A stretch of 57,153 nt of DNA, taken from positions 3,133,226 through 3,190,378 of the forward strand of contig BFEA01000001.1 of assembly GCA_003427395.1 (NCBI GenBank). The letters run 5' to 3'. Source of the DNA: Chara braunii. Lineage: Eukaryota > Plantae > Charophyceae. The notes beneath the pieces are model-generated. The model did no database searches and had not been told where the DNA came from. It was given only the letters and a program-made list of their open reading frames with translations. The translations under genes were made by a program, and so were the position numbers. Positions 1 through 13,279 of the stretch are shown here, piece by piece. Within the stretch, counting starts at the first letter, position 1; each line of letters begins with the position of its first letter.

Positions 1-38
<38 letters not shown>
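1..38. repeat. (CA)n microsatellite
   Basis: Direct reading. Confidence 0.95.
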
Positions 39-39
<1 letters not shown>

Positions 40-383
40 TAAAAAAAAAAAAAAATCCGCTTGAAAAAGGGAAAAAAAAAACGACAACAAAGGATGTCCC
101 TGCCTGTTACTCCGAAGAGACCTGTCATTCTCGTGCTTTCGCCGACAATGTTGCTCTCTTTTTTTCCCCCACTTTTCTCTCCAGCATAACTCTAAGACCT
201 GTCTCATTTCGTTTCTGCACGCAAAAAAAAAAAAAAAATCTCTCCACCCGCTCATCTTCGACACGACATGGCGAAGCAATGTGGCAATAACAGCCCCGCC
301 CCCCTGTTCATCCCTCTCCTCGGCCGCAACGTGGCTGCGGCGGGTCCACTTGTTTTTTTATAAAAAAAAAGGGCGCAGTGACA

Positions 384-571
384 CCTAGGCTACCAGCCGG
401 GCCGCCCGGGTCCCCGGTGGCCAGCCCGTGCAAGGACCAGGGAAGGCCCCAGCAAAAAAAAAAAAATCCCAAAAAAAACAATGTTATGAAGAAAAATAAA
501 CTGAACAACTTTTGCCTCAGGGTCACATCGAAATTTTTCACCAAATTTAGAATAAAAAATATATTTTTTTA

Positions 572-606
<35 letters not shown>

Positions 607-739
607 TCAAATAGAACTGCCCGGTAAACCGTAGGCAGAGAGGGAGAAGAGGACAACAAACGAGGGGCTGTGATTATATATTTTTATTTTTTTTTGGCCC
701 GGCCGGGCAAGTGACCCCGGGCCACTCTGGTAGCCTAGG
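384..739. mobile_element. MITE-like element with terminal inverted repeats
   Basis: CCTAGGCTACCAG at 384 and its exact reverse complement CTGGTAGCCTAGG ending at 739; GC-rich CCGG subterminal motifs; non-coding AT-rich core. No clean TSD. Confidence 0.6.
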
Positions 740-1131
740 CGCAGTCATGATTTCACTTCAAAATCCACATCAGACATCCCTCGAATACAACATATCCCCT
801 CACCCGATCCCAAAGCTAGGTTGTATACATTCACGATTTTCCTCGCTTCAGCACAACATTCGCGAAATTGTGACTGAAATGCATTTTCAAACTGAAACTG
901 TGACAACGCCCTTGTTTTCCTTTCTTTTTTTACTTGCATCAAAAGGGGTAGATGCATTTGAATCCAAGGGATCTGGTGTGTCTGCTTTTTTTTTTCAAAA
1001 TTGTCGGTCATTCCTTTTATCAAAACTTGACAAGATTGAGCAACTGAACCAGCTAGTTGTAAGCTATTCTCCGGTGCTGTAGTATTGAACCTTTGTGCAA
1101 AGGCTCATATCTACTGGTTTTTCTCTTGTCT

Positions 1132-1292
1132 GGGGTTTATCTGTTGAGATTCTGAGTGTTTTCCATGATACACTGCCGCCTCCCTAAGTGTGCTCTTTGT
1201 CCTTGTTGCTGAGCCGGGGTTTATCTGTTGAGATTATGAGTGTTTCCCATGATACACTGACCCCTCCCTAAGTGTGCTCTTTGTCCTTGTTG
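1132..1292. repeat. Tandem duplication, ~84-bp unit x2
   Basis: GGGGTTTATCTGTTGAGATT...CCCTAAGTGTGCTCTTTGTCCTTGTTG occurs at 1132 and 1216. Confidence 0.85.
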
Positions 1293-2225
1293 TTGAGCTC
1301 CGCCTGTCTGCTTTTTCTCCCTTGGCTCAACTGCGTTTAAGGGGCTCCTTAACTGAGTCTGCCTCCTACTCCAGTTGTGACGGTGGTGGTTAAACGTGGA
1401 TGTTTGAAGACTGCAAAGGCTGCTTGCTTGACCTGGCATATTATTTGTGCCTCGACAGAGGGCCCTTTGAGGCAAGGTAGGCTAATGAAGTTAAAGAGGG
1501 GAAAGGGGAGAGGGGGTAGGGGGTGCGAGGGGAGCAGGGTAGGGACTTGGGGCGATGTAGAAGGTGGGAGGATGTGACACGCCAACTTCTTTGCTTGAAC
1601 GAACTTCTGAAGCCTCGTGTTCTGCTAACTCTTTTCTGCCATTAATGGGCTTTGGGGTACCTTCTTCTTGGCTGATGGATGCTACATGAGTCCACATAGC
1701 CTACATGAGTCCACATGGCCGCCAAGGCCTCCCCACTTCAAAATATTTTTGTTTTCTTGGGATTTTCAAAAATTTTCTTTGTTTTTGTTCAAGGTCTATG
1801 AATTTACGTAGGAATTATGAGTGCCTTAGCAAGCGCGTTAGAAATTTTGTTGGACAATTGGGAATTCCAAAATTTGTAGGCGCACTTTTTGCTTACATGT
1901 CATTTCTCGCATATCATTGTCACCAAATCTGTCTCTGAAGGCTCGCTGAATTTTTTGAAAAGATCAACATAGGTGTAGGACACGCGTCTTATTGCATGCG
2001 CAGATATTGTTTTTGAATTTTTCAAATCTTGAATTGGTTTTAAAGGTGGATTGGACGAAGCATTTTTGTTTCCGCATCGGCGCCATGCATGCAAGCTTCG
2101 CCCACCTCCCGCTGTATTCCAAGTGATCTTCTCCTTTCTCCTTCGCGCCTTCTTCTTTTAACCCGTAACTGTTTTTTCATGCTCTTTCCTTCATGCTCAT
2201 TTTCTTCTTCTCTTCATTTGAATCT

Positions 2226-2507
2226 TGGTCCCGCTTCACACCGCTCTCCAACCCCTCTCCATTCCCATCTCCGACTTCGTACAAGAAGCCCCTATTGATC
2301 CTTTCTTAGAGCCTTCGAAGTTGTCAGACAATAGCAATATGTTATTCGTTAAAATAGTACATTAATATTGGTCCCGCTTCACACCGCTCTTCAACCCCTC
2401 TTCATTCCCACCTTCGTCTTCGTACAAGAAGCCCCTATTGATCCTTTCTTTGAGCCTTCGAAGTCGTCAGACAATAGCAACATGTTATTCGTTAAAATAG
2501 TACATTA
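2226..2507. repeat. Tandem duplication, ~142-bp unit x2
   Basis: TTGGTCCCGCTTCACACCGCTCT...GTTAAAATAGTACATTA is repeated head to tail. Confidence 0.9.
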
Positions 2508-3058
2508 TTTTTCAAATAGTATTTTTTTAGACAATAGGTAACCTCAAATAGCTTTCAACGACCACATAAAGCATACCTTTGATAAGCACAAACCCTCTCC
2601 TAACAAGTAATAAGATCTCCCAAGGTCAAGTTGTGTAAGTCATGTGATTGAACACGCTTAGAACCTCGGTTGCATCGGATTCCTTTGCAAAAATGATTAT
2701 AAAGGCAGACTGTACCTACTCTAAGACTAAGACTTAGTATGTTTAGGATATATCCTTTGTATAATATTACTTACATCGGATTTTTCGAACATACGAAGTC
2801 TCAGTCTACTAGGTGACAATGTTAAGCTTCAAGTTCAACTTCGTAACCGTTGTATATACTCTACAGAGTGCTCGAGGAACCACAAATGTGAATCAAATAC
2901 AAATCATTAATGATTGAACACACTTTAAGTTAACACCTAGACTAAGTATGCAACAATTCAAGAAGTATTATCCTTTATAATTGACCTTGATTGTATCCTC
3001 AGAGTCTACAAAAATGATCCTAAAGGGAGACAGTCGTTGTTACAGTATCTGGTCTAAG

Positions 3059-3439
3059 CTAAGTAGCAGATCCGGATATCCCGACACCCTTGATTTATCC
3101 GGATTTGCAGGCTGGCTAATACTATTGGATGAAACCGGATTAAGTATACCGGAGGGTAAAAAAATATGGTACTTTTCCAAAAAAACAAAACATCTAAAAA
3201 AAATCTGAAAAAAAAAAGTACGTTGTAGATTATAACAATACAAACAATGTTTGACAGGAGGTCATTTCGAAATTCTTATCAGCTCTGGAGATCGAAAATA
3301 AACACGAAAAAAAAAAAATAGTTTAAAATTTTTTATTATCCAAAATTTATCCGAAATTTCGGATAAACCTTTTTGCCCCCGGATGTTCTGACCAGATAGT
3401 CCAGACATTTAATCCGGTTGGATATGCCATGCTACCTAG
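3059..3439. mobile_element. hAT-type MITE
   Basis: 8-bp TSD GGTCTAAG at 3051-3058 and 3440-3447; TIR CTAAGTAGCA / TGCTACCTAG; repeated ATCCGG/CCGGAT subterminal motifs. An 8-bp TSD is typical of hAT. Confidence 0.8.
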
Positions 3440-5249
3440 GGTCTAAGACTAAGTACTATTATGTTTAGGATGTATCCTCTGTATAATTACATCACGTAAG
3501 AAATATCATGTTTATGATATATCCTCTGTATAATTACATTGGATTTCATGAACATACTAAGTATCAATTTATGTGTGTAACTTAAATTAAGTCTTGCTAT
3601 TATGATTTTATATTACTCTATCGAGTGTTCAGAATTTAAGGCTTAAAGTTTATCTTTGGTAAGTTTGTCTTTGGTTGGTCAATGTTGAAACATTGACCTT
3701 AAACAAAAACTTACAGTCTTCGATTAAAACTTTTAATTGCATGCAAATATAATAATTATGATAATGGAATGAATTTATTTCGAAGCTTGATGGAATACAA
3801 TATTTCAGTTGAATGAACACATCACGAGTCACCATAGTACATTATTAATTAAATATCCCCAAGACAATTCACGAGTTGAACTCATGACATAAACTCATAA
3901 CAAGCAAAGAAACTTAAATTTGTCAAGCTTGAGTCAAAATTCAATGCACACATTACGAACCACTGTATAATTTATAATTGATACAGTACACAATCGTTCT
4001 CAAGACAATTGACAACTTATGATAACTTGAAGCAAAAAAACTAAAAACTGACCGTTGTCCACATATTATGAATTTGTAACAGTTACAGTAACTTCAGTAA
4101 CTTTAAAAGTTTTCAGGAAGAAGGTACATAATCATTCTCAAGACAATTGACAACGTGAAAACTAACAACAGTTACTTGGTCCCCAAACTATGAATTTGTA
4201 AAAGTTACTTCAAAAGTTTTCAATAAAAAGATGTTAGTTCAAAAGTTTTATATGTCACAGAGGGTATATGAAACATAATGTGTTATCCAAATAAACTAAG
4301 ACTTGTCAAGGTATGAAAAATCAACTATACCTTCCAAAAAATCAAGACATACACACTTTTACACAACCAAACAATTTGCAAAGTCAGGACCTAGCATGAA
4401 TAAAAAACCCTCAACACCTTATACTATGAAAATTTTACCTAATGTGATATTCTAACATAAAATTTAAAAAACTTTGAGACTCAATACTCAGAGTGTCAAA
4501 AAGTTAAAATAATCAGAAGAAACCTCTTTGTAGAGTGTTCACTAACGGTTCTCATGTTAAACCGTTTACCATGCAACTCGGGAGTGGAGGTTGACGCAGA
4601 CCTTCAAACTCCATAATGAAAACTGAAAAAACTTCAAGGGGTCTTCCAACATTGAGTATAGCACGTCTTGTGGACAAAAGAATATCTGCAACTAGTAGAT
4701 AAACTTCTATAAAATCTCATAGTATTTAGTTTTCTCCTCGAGGCTCATATATTTGGACGTCGAAACAGTCCAAATCTGTGAACTTGACCATGATGACAAA
4801 CATTTTTTGTTGTAACGCTTCACATTTGAATATTTTTTCATATCGGAATGGAAACGCTCCTCCGTTTGCGATGATCGTCAGCCGTTCAGACACTTCAATT
4901 TCAGTAACTACCACATTTTAGGCATCTCTTTTAAAATGATTTAAGTCTGCACGTTGCAAATGATAAAAGTTACAATAATATTACTGAAGTGTTTGATTGA
5001 AATTTCAATGATATTACTAGCTAACATTTAAACTATCTTCTAATGATACGTGCTCTCTCGATTATGCGCTTCATATTAGAAAGAGTTCCGAACCGATTTT
5101 CGACTTTGGACATACTGACCTTTGGGTTGTCGTACCGTCACCTCAGGCTCTGAATCCTGACCTTGATGAAACACTAGCCTCGACTCCCTCAGAAATTTTC
5201 GCACTGACACTATCACCTATATAAACACCACCTTCCCTAACCAGGGCAG

Positions 5250-8200
5250 CAAGTGCATTAACATGGACTTTAGATGGAATTATAAGGCCTGAGGTGAATG
5301 GTTTGATGGAAACTCTTCCTCTCGATGCCCGTTTTCATTCAGATATACCCCCATCAACATTTTTCCATTGTTCTTCATCCTCAATAGATTTTTTCCATTT
5401 TTCCTTTCACGCATTCTCATAACGTTTCTTAAGCGAACGAGATTTGTCCGTAGGAATCCAATATTGAACTTTTATCTGGTTGTAATACTATGAGTCATTT
5501 TCTAGGACAATTGGAGTTAGCACTTGGCCCACCCAAAATGAAACACCCTTTGCGAGTTCTTCACCTGGCGGTTGAAGAATAACGAAATTGTCTTTCTCAA
5601 CATCCAAAATTGGGTCAAAGTTTGTCTTCGGTCGATCTTTTTGTGTCCAACGAACAAGGGTTCTCTTTCGGGTTCTTCAAAATGGAACCGCAAAATTTAT
5701 TCTTCTTGCCTCTCGGAGACAGAATATCAAAAGCATGTCATTGGTGTGTTGGATACTCCGTTTGCAATGATATAAACTTCATGTTCTTCAACACCCTCCC
5801 AATAAGCAAAAATATTTTTTTATACGAGTTACCTCTTTATCTTGATAAATACTCCACATCGACTTTTTCTCTCGAAATAAATGCAGAAAACGATCCACAC
5901 CTTCGCATTCATTCTTGTAATACTCTAGCTCTGCCAGTTGACTTGGAAAATTGGCGAATTGTTGCACTGGACCAACATACTTGTCATTATCATTTCTTTA
6001 AATCAGTAAAGCGGACAGTCTTTGGGCAATCATTCTGTATCGTCGCAATACTTTCTGTACGACATTGTTGGGTTATCACCTACCATATAAAACTTAAACA
6101 AATATGACTTCAAATACCGGTTATATCACTTGCGTGAAATGGGGCTACCATGTTTTTCCCGTCCACAATTTTATCGAGGGAAATACATTTCAGAGACTTC
6201 TTGTGAGATTGTTTCAACAAAGCGAAAAGTTTATCCATTATATATGTATCATTGTCTTTCAACTTCTTGGAGAGAGAGATGACTAACGGACGCATATATT
6301 TTCATGTCTCCTTTCCAGGCAGTTCAACCATTTTAGGTTACTGCACCACTTTCAGATTGTGTGTGGATCTATACATGAGGTTGTTTGAAACCGCCTTCAG
6401 GCAGTTCAACCACTTCAGGTTGATACACCACTTTCAAATTGCCTACAGATCCATTACAAATGGGATGGGGTTACCTCAAACCCCTTTCAGAAGCTTCAGC
6501 CACTTTAACGGTTTCAGGTCCCCACCTGAAATTCATGAAATGACCTGAAGTGGCTGAAGTTTCTGAAAGGGGTCTCAGGTACCCCCATCCAACCGTTTGG
6601 ATGGGGGTACCTGAAACCCCTTTCAGAAGCTTCAGCCAGTTCAGCGGTTTCAGGTCCCCACCTAAAATTCCTGAAATGACATGAAGTGGTTGAAGCTTCT
6701 GAAAAGGGTTTCAGGTACCCCCATCCAAATGGTTGGATTGGGGTATTTGAAACCCCTTTCAGAAGCTTCAGTCACTTCAGCGGTTTCAGGTCCCCACCTG
6801 AAATTCCTGAAATGACATGAAGTGGCCGAAGCTTCTGAAAGGGGTTTCAGGTACCCCCATCCAACCATTTGGATGGGGGTACTTGAAACCCCTTTCAAAA
6901 GTTTTAGCCATTTCAACGGTTTCAAGTTCCCACCTGAAATTCCTGAAATGACCTGAAGTGGCTGAAGCTTCTGAAAGGGGTTTCAGGTACCCCCATCCAA
7001 CCATTTGGATGGGGGTACCTGAAACCCCATTCAGAAGCTTCAGCCACTTCAGCGGTTTCAGGTCCCCACCTGAAATTCCTGAAATGACCTGAAGTGGCTG
7101 AAAAAATAGAAAAAAAAAAAAAAAAACCCATAAAACTTGTCCTGCAAACAAAATAAATTTCAGGTGGTCGTTACCCGCGAGTGCTTGGAGAAAACACTGA
7201 AAGTGGCGTCAACATCTGTATGGGTATGCTCGACTATCATGAACCCAATCTCAATCTCCTGAAATACTTCAAACTTCACAAGAAGTGTTGTCAAGCCACA
7301 TATGAATTGGTTTTTATTTTATTTCCAACAGTTATCCGCTTGAATGCCCAATCGACGAGGAAACGGTGTCCCTGAGGTTTGAATTTCATAAAGAGTCCTC
7401 ATCAAGCATGTAGATGTGTTGCTGACATTGTGCTCGTAGTATGAAAAGTATGTGTATATGTAAATTGAAGGGTCCTGTCATGGGTGATTACTGTCGTAAG
7501 AGTGATCCTCATCATCCTGCCATGTTGTAGTTTGTCTGTCCGATGTAAGGCAAGGTGACTTTCTTTTGATCTGTGCCATCAATTATGAGGCAGAGAGGCT
7601 CAAAAGGACGCAATATTAAATCGAGCTTTGCAAGGCAATAATGTCGCCTATGGTTCACTTGCCACTCCTGATCTTCTTTCATCTTTATCTTAAACTTCTT
7701 ACGGTCTCGTTCATACTTCACCTTAGCTATGGACTGCTTATAGTAGTTGCATAGAGCACATTCCGTAAAATGTGTTGGATTGAGTCATACTAATGTGCCA
7801 AAAGTGTTTGCTCCACATGGTGTAAAATGTAGACTCGGAGACGACATCCTGTCCTGCAGCCTCCAGATCGGATCAAATGGACTCATAAATGGATCTCTTG
7901 GTAAAAACAGCAGGCATCCTACGGCGTGGTCTGCACACATTGTCATTTCTAGTCATTTCATTTGGCATATCATCAACGTGATCATCAATGATTTTTTTCA
8001 TGCATGCGAGCATAGTGACTACTTTATTAGAAGGACTACATATTCTCGTATGACCATGTTCTGCGTGCACAACATTATTACGATACATCCTTTTGTAAAT
8101 ATAAAAGGTATTACATGAAATGCCCAGTATATTACAATACATTTGTACGCACAACTTTTGTCTGCATAAAATGGGTCGCGTTCGCTCAATATCACCCTCC

Positions 8201-8730
8201 ATTATGGTGAAGTCTTGTATTTTTTGCAACAACCACTTCCTCCGGTCTGCAAATGTTTTGCGGTACAAACCCTCCCTAACTGACCTAACATCATCAACAG
8301 TGAGATTTGCACAACAAAACTTCTTGCAGCAAAATATACCACGAACACGTTGAAGAGATTTCAGCCTAAGCGTAGTCAAAACTCTTTTGTTCTAGACACG
8401 TTTCCTAACGACTCTGTTGGCTATGTTGTATGGCTTTTTCTCTCCGGGCAACGGTGCGAGCAGAATGTAGTATATTTATCTCTCCTCATGAGACTCACTA
8501 CATGAGGTAGTGCTTTCCTTAAAGTAAGAGGTAGATGTCACTATCTCTCGAGACTCCTCATTACCATCCCCAGATCCAGTATGGTGTCCACTAACGTGAG
8601 AATGGAAATGAGGAACACCATGAAATCCACTATCACCAAAGTTGTTCTCTTGCGAAACAACCCTAGCTGTAGACAATAATTCGGTTGTTCACTGTTTAGT
8701 CTCACAGCCTCCTTTTGTGGTGACATATTC
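5250..8730 (-). pseudogene. Decayed DUF7869-type (putative DDD/E) transposase-like gene
   Basis: Minus-strand fragments: N-terminal Cys-rich CCKKFCC...LCVQMYCNILGIS (7873-8379); PLCLIIDGTDQ (7512-7721); hand-translated GIQADNCWK*NKNQF...FMIVEHTHTDVD (~7200-7350), matching the QxDN-xxx-ENKN and VGHTHxDxD motifs of this family; C-terminal FWVGQV...IKVQYW (~5450-5550). Many stops and frameshifts. Confidence 0.65.
6310..7100. repeat. 136-bp tandem satellite built of palindromes
   Basis: GGTTTCAGGTCCCCA (or a near variant) recurs at 6510, 6646, 6782, 6918 and 7054. Each unit has a ~48-bp-arm inverted repeat plus a short TTTCAGGT-CCCC-ACCTGAAA hairpin. Degenerate copies lie at 6310-6470. Confidence 0.95.
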
Positions 8731-9899
8731 CATCACACTATAGCTAAGGCTACCCAAGTACTCCTCAGGCTTGACATTTTGACACTGCCTACAAGCCTTT
8801 GGCTGCCGCTATCAGGATCATGTGAGGAGTTAACTTTAACACCCCATGCACATCGTCGTCCTTACATACTTTTCGTATCGACCGTGGAGTGTTTCATGCT
8901 TGTGAATGCTGTGAACAATCCTCAGACGTCTCAAAGTTTTGTTGTTGCGCGTTATTACGCTTTCCCAAAGAAGACGTCCCTGAAATTGGTGATGGATTGC
9001 TATGTGACGAGCTTGCCGGTGCAACTATGAGTGCTCCAAAATGATAACACAAGTCACTCGAAGTCGAACTTCCTCCCATGCTAAATGAAGAGCAACATGT
9101 TGGTCGAGATGCATGCAGTGTAGGTGACAAATTGAGAAGAGACATACAAAACAAGAAAAAGTCTTGCAACAACACATCACCTTGCATACAAAAAAACAAT
9201 CGTTATGTAGTTAAGAATTTGCACAAAGATAGAAATGAGAATTGGAGTACTCACAATCAACTGATGCAGACGACAACAAGACTTGAGGACTTAAACGCTG
9301 ACAATGTTTCATCGACACATACATTCGACTGAGGTGCAAGGACAGATAGTCTTGCGCTGGTGGATAAGGGAGTTTCAGTTAAAGGGGGTAGCATAAGTGC
9401 AGATTAGGTTGTATCGAAACCTGTGTGGCGGATCCATCCGTTTCACGACCCCATAAGGTTTCCAAGACCCCTTGCAACGATGCATTATGTTAGCAATAAT
9501 TTCGGAGGTCTGACCTCGAGACACCACAACAACTCATATGAGAACAACTCGCGTGAATTGTCAAACTATCGGTCGTTCAACTACCACATCACCATTTAGA
9601 CCAATGTAGGGAGCGGTTGTAAAGGGAGAAGAACCGACACGATCGTACCGTCCTGTCAAATACAGTAGTGCACACGCCATCCGTGACGTTGGTTGTAAAG
9701 AGAGAAAAACTGGCATGATCCTACCATCCTGTCAAAGACATCAGTGCCCGCACCATCCGTGACGTTATAAAGTCTATGGGGGAATGTTTTTGATCACGTG
9801 TTCAAGGACCGAAGTGGGCAAGACGTTGAGCAAAGTACTAAGGCGTTATGAAGTCAATGGATAGCGGAAAATCGGTTCGGGGACGGGGCAGTAGTGGAA

Positions 9900-11340
9900 C
9901 GCACACTCAGGAAGCACTAATCAGGCAACCGATGATCTTCCCGAGCACGTTTTCTCCTAGAGATGGGAAGCATTGTGTGCATGGTATTACATAACCCATG
10001 TCGTATCAGTGAGAATCTAACGGCGACTTTAGCTCGACAGGCAAATCGTTGTTGCCAAGCAACACCAACATCGCAGGTTTTCAGACGGTTAGCCCTAAAA
10101 GACGAAAAATGATACATCCTCATAGGCTAACACAAAAACCCAGAGGAGGATATATCCTCCCCACAAGCATATGAAGTCATGTCCGGTCACGAGTCGTCGA
10201 AAACGTTGTCTGTCAATGGAAACAGGACATCACACTTGTGAATCGCCCAGATGTGGGGAACACCCTCGGGATGTGCTAATCAGTCAGTCGACGACCTTCC
10301 ACATCACTTTTTGCACCTTTGTAGGAGTGTTGTGTTTCGGACATCAGAGAACAGTTGTCAATCAGCGAGAAAGGGACGGTCACTCTAGGTCGACAGGCAC
10401 ACTCGTCATTGTCAACCGACTCCAATGATGGAGATTTTCCAGTCGCAGAAAACCCAGAGGAGGATACATCCTTCCCACAAAAATATGCAATCATTTGATC
10501 ATTGCGTTCGGTCGCGAGGCATGGGAAAAACCGCGCGTCAATGGATACCAGAAGAAAGACTCGCGAAACAGGCAAGCACAGGAAACAACCTCCGGACGTA
10601 TTAATCAGTCAGTCGAAACCTTGGGTGCGCTTTTTGCACCTATGTAGGGTGTATTGTGCTCACAGTATCACATAACTGAAAGGGCAGGCGACTCTAGCTC
10701 GACCGAAATTGTCGGCATTGCCAAAAGTGACACCAATGGTGCAAGTTTTCAGGACACCGGAAACCCAGAGGAGGATACATCCTCCACACAGGGATATATA
10801 ATCAATTGATCATTAGCACCAAGTAGCGAGGCCTTGGAACAACCACCTGTCAATGGACAGCGGAAACCGGATTCGGGTTTCCCAGACGACTAACACAAAA
10901 ATACAGAGGAGGATACATCTTACCCACAAGCATATGTCGTCGATTGATCACTATCGTCCAATCCCAAGCCTCCCAAGGTGTTAGAAAAGTTGTTTGTCCA
11001 TAGAAATCGAAAACCGTACTTGCGATTCGGGGAGTCGTGGCGAACACCCTCGGGATTTGCTCAACAGTCAGCAGATGATCTTCCAGAGGGCCTTTTGCAC
11101 ATATGTGGGGAGCACTGTGTTCCGGACGTTAGAGAGCGGTTGTGGGGTCGACGAGAAAGGGACGACGACTCTAGCGCGACAGGCATAGTCGACATTGGCA
11201 ACCAATGATGCAGATTTTCCAAACGCCGGAAGCCAGAGGAGGATACATCCTTCCCACAAGGATATGCAATCCTTTGATCATTAGCGTCCCGTCACGACGC
11301 ATTGGGAAAGTTGTCTGTCAACGGACACCAAAAGTCGCAC
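9900..11340 (-). repeat. Diverged ~310-330-bp tandem repeats, possibly once coding
   Basis: Core CAGAGGAGGATACATCC at ~10141, 10455, 10766, 10904 and 11234. Minus-strand translation gives recurring NDQxIAYxCGKDVSSSGF. Confidence 0.7.
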
Positions 11341-13279
11341 GAAGGTAGGCCCTACATAGAGTTTATTTAAATATAAATTCAGGTATCGGACGGTCGACCC
11401 GAGCTACGAGGGGTGGGTCTACATTGACGCACCAGGGAAAAAGGAAGGGGAGGTAGTTGGTTGGTCATGGGAAGGGCAGGGCGAACCGCGGCAGGAATCC
11501 CGACCACCAGCGACATGGACCCCCCCAAAATCCTTAGAAACTCACCTAAACACCCCCCCCACAAGGACCAGAAAACAGGGATCTTGGGAGGTCGTTGGGA
11601 GTAGGAAGAAGGAAGGGTCGCAGAAGAATCTGGTGGGTGCAGACAAAGGGGTAGGCGACAAGGAAAATCGTGACAAGGACAACCGCTTTGCCTGCTTAGA
11701 CAATGGGACAGAGAATGGGACAGATAAGTCGGAACCGGAATGCCAGGACGAGCGCCTTGCCTCCTTAGAGAAAGGGACAGAGAATGGGACAGACAAGTCG
11801 GAACAGGAAAGCCAGGACGAGCGCCCGACGGAGCGAGGACTGATTGGGGGGGGTGGAACGGGTTCCCATGGACAGCTCAGGTCAAGAGAAGACCAGCGGC
11901 TTGGGGCAGCATACACAGGACAAGCAGGACAGGCCAGCGCCAGGGGACCCCGAGAAAGGCACTACACAAAAGCAGGAACGAGCACCAGGGGAAAGGGAAA
12001 TACAACATCCACTGAGCCACCAGGGGATGCGGCTGAAACAACAGGCAAGGGCCCAGCCACAACCCATAAGCCCACAGCCTCAGCAAGGGCAACAGCCCCA
12101 CCAGCCGGAGCAGGAGCCGCAACAGTCCCCGGCCTCATCACATCAACCTGAACAGGGGAGTACGCAATCACTGGCTCCAGATTTTTGCTCAAACCCTTTT
12201 GGGGCGCAGCAGATGGATGTGGACTCAACCTCCTCTCCCCCAGATGTAGAGATGGAGGAAGCCTCGAAAGACCCGTCCGACCCCGATTCCCCCCCGCAAG
12301 AAATGAGCTTGGATAATAAAATCCAGGTAGTGGCTGATTGGATACTTAAACACTGACAATCGGACTGCCCACATGAGGGGGAGGAATACTGGGACAGGTC
12401 TTGCGTTGAGTTAGTGACGCTCTTAAACAATAGCCCCTCCCTGAGAACCGCACTAACATCCCCCCCCCCCCCCCCCCCCCCCCCACTTGACATGGGCGGA
12501 GGCCTTTCAGCGTATTCTGACCGTCGCTCGGGGACGGTTTCGCCCCCCCTCTACAGCAGAACCTTTAATCCACATCCACCCGAACACGCACAGGAAGGGC
12601 ACGGTCAGTCCTCACAATCAGAGATGAGGGGAGGAGCCGAAACGGCGGAGGAAGGAATGACCTCACGGAGACTCAAGCTGAGGCAGGTTATAGAACGGGG
12701 CCTCTTCGAGCTGCCGCTCCCCAAAGCTAATGGGGTACTGGTAATCCCCTTAAGAAAGAAGGACGGAAAATGGGAGATGGGGCTCTCCTAGGTGGGAGAA
12801 TACGGGGGCGTGACGTTGCAAGGATGGGACTTCTCGGCCCAGGGGGGAGACCGTAGGGAAAGAGACAAGGCCTTCACCAACCAAATGGCTGCCTTTATCC
12901 CCAAATATTATGCTCCTGGGGCTAGAACCGGAATGAGATTTGTAGACTGGGATGAAAAAATAGCTGGGAATGACCTCTACCTGCTTTTCGAACCCAACAA
13001 ATCTGCCAACCTGGGCTGGTATAGTCACAACGCTCTTCTGGACCTGCAGTGCGCAAAGATAAAGGCCAGCGATTTCTGGTCTGAAGACGATGTGTGCCGA
13101 TGTCTATGCCAAGCAGTGCGAAAAAGAGTTTTACACCTAGATATATGGGATGTCAGACAATGGCATCCACTATAAGTCGGATAACCTATACGGTATAAGT
13201 GTGCGCTAAAGACATGGATGATCTAGAAACATTATACTGTAGGAATCAGGCGTGGCGTAAATGCATAGAGTCAGCTGAC

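Noticed and set aside
6460-7151. Repetitive ORFs (MKPLKWLKLL..., GHFRNFRW...)
   Set aside because: By-products of the palindromic satellite; the 136-bp unit is not a multiple of 3.
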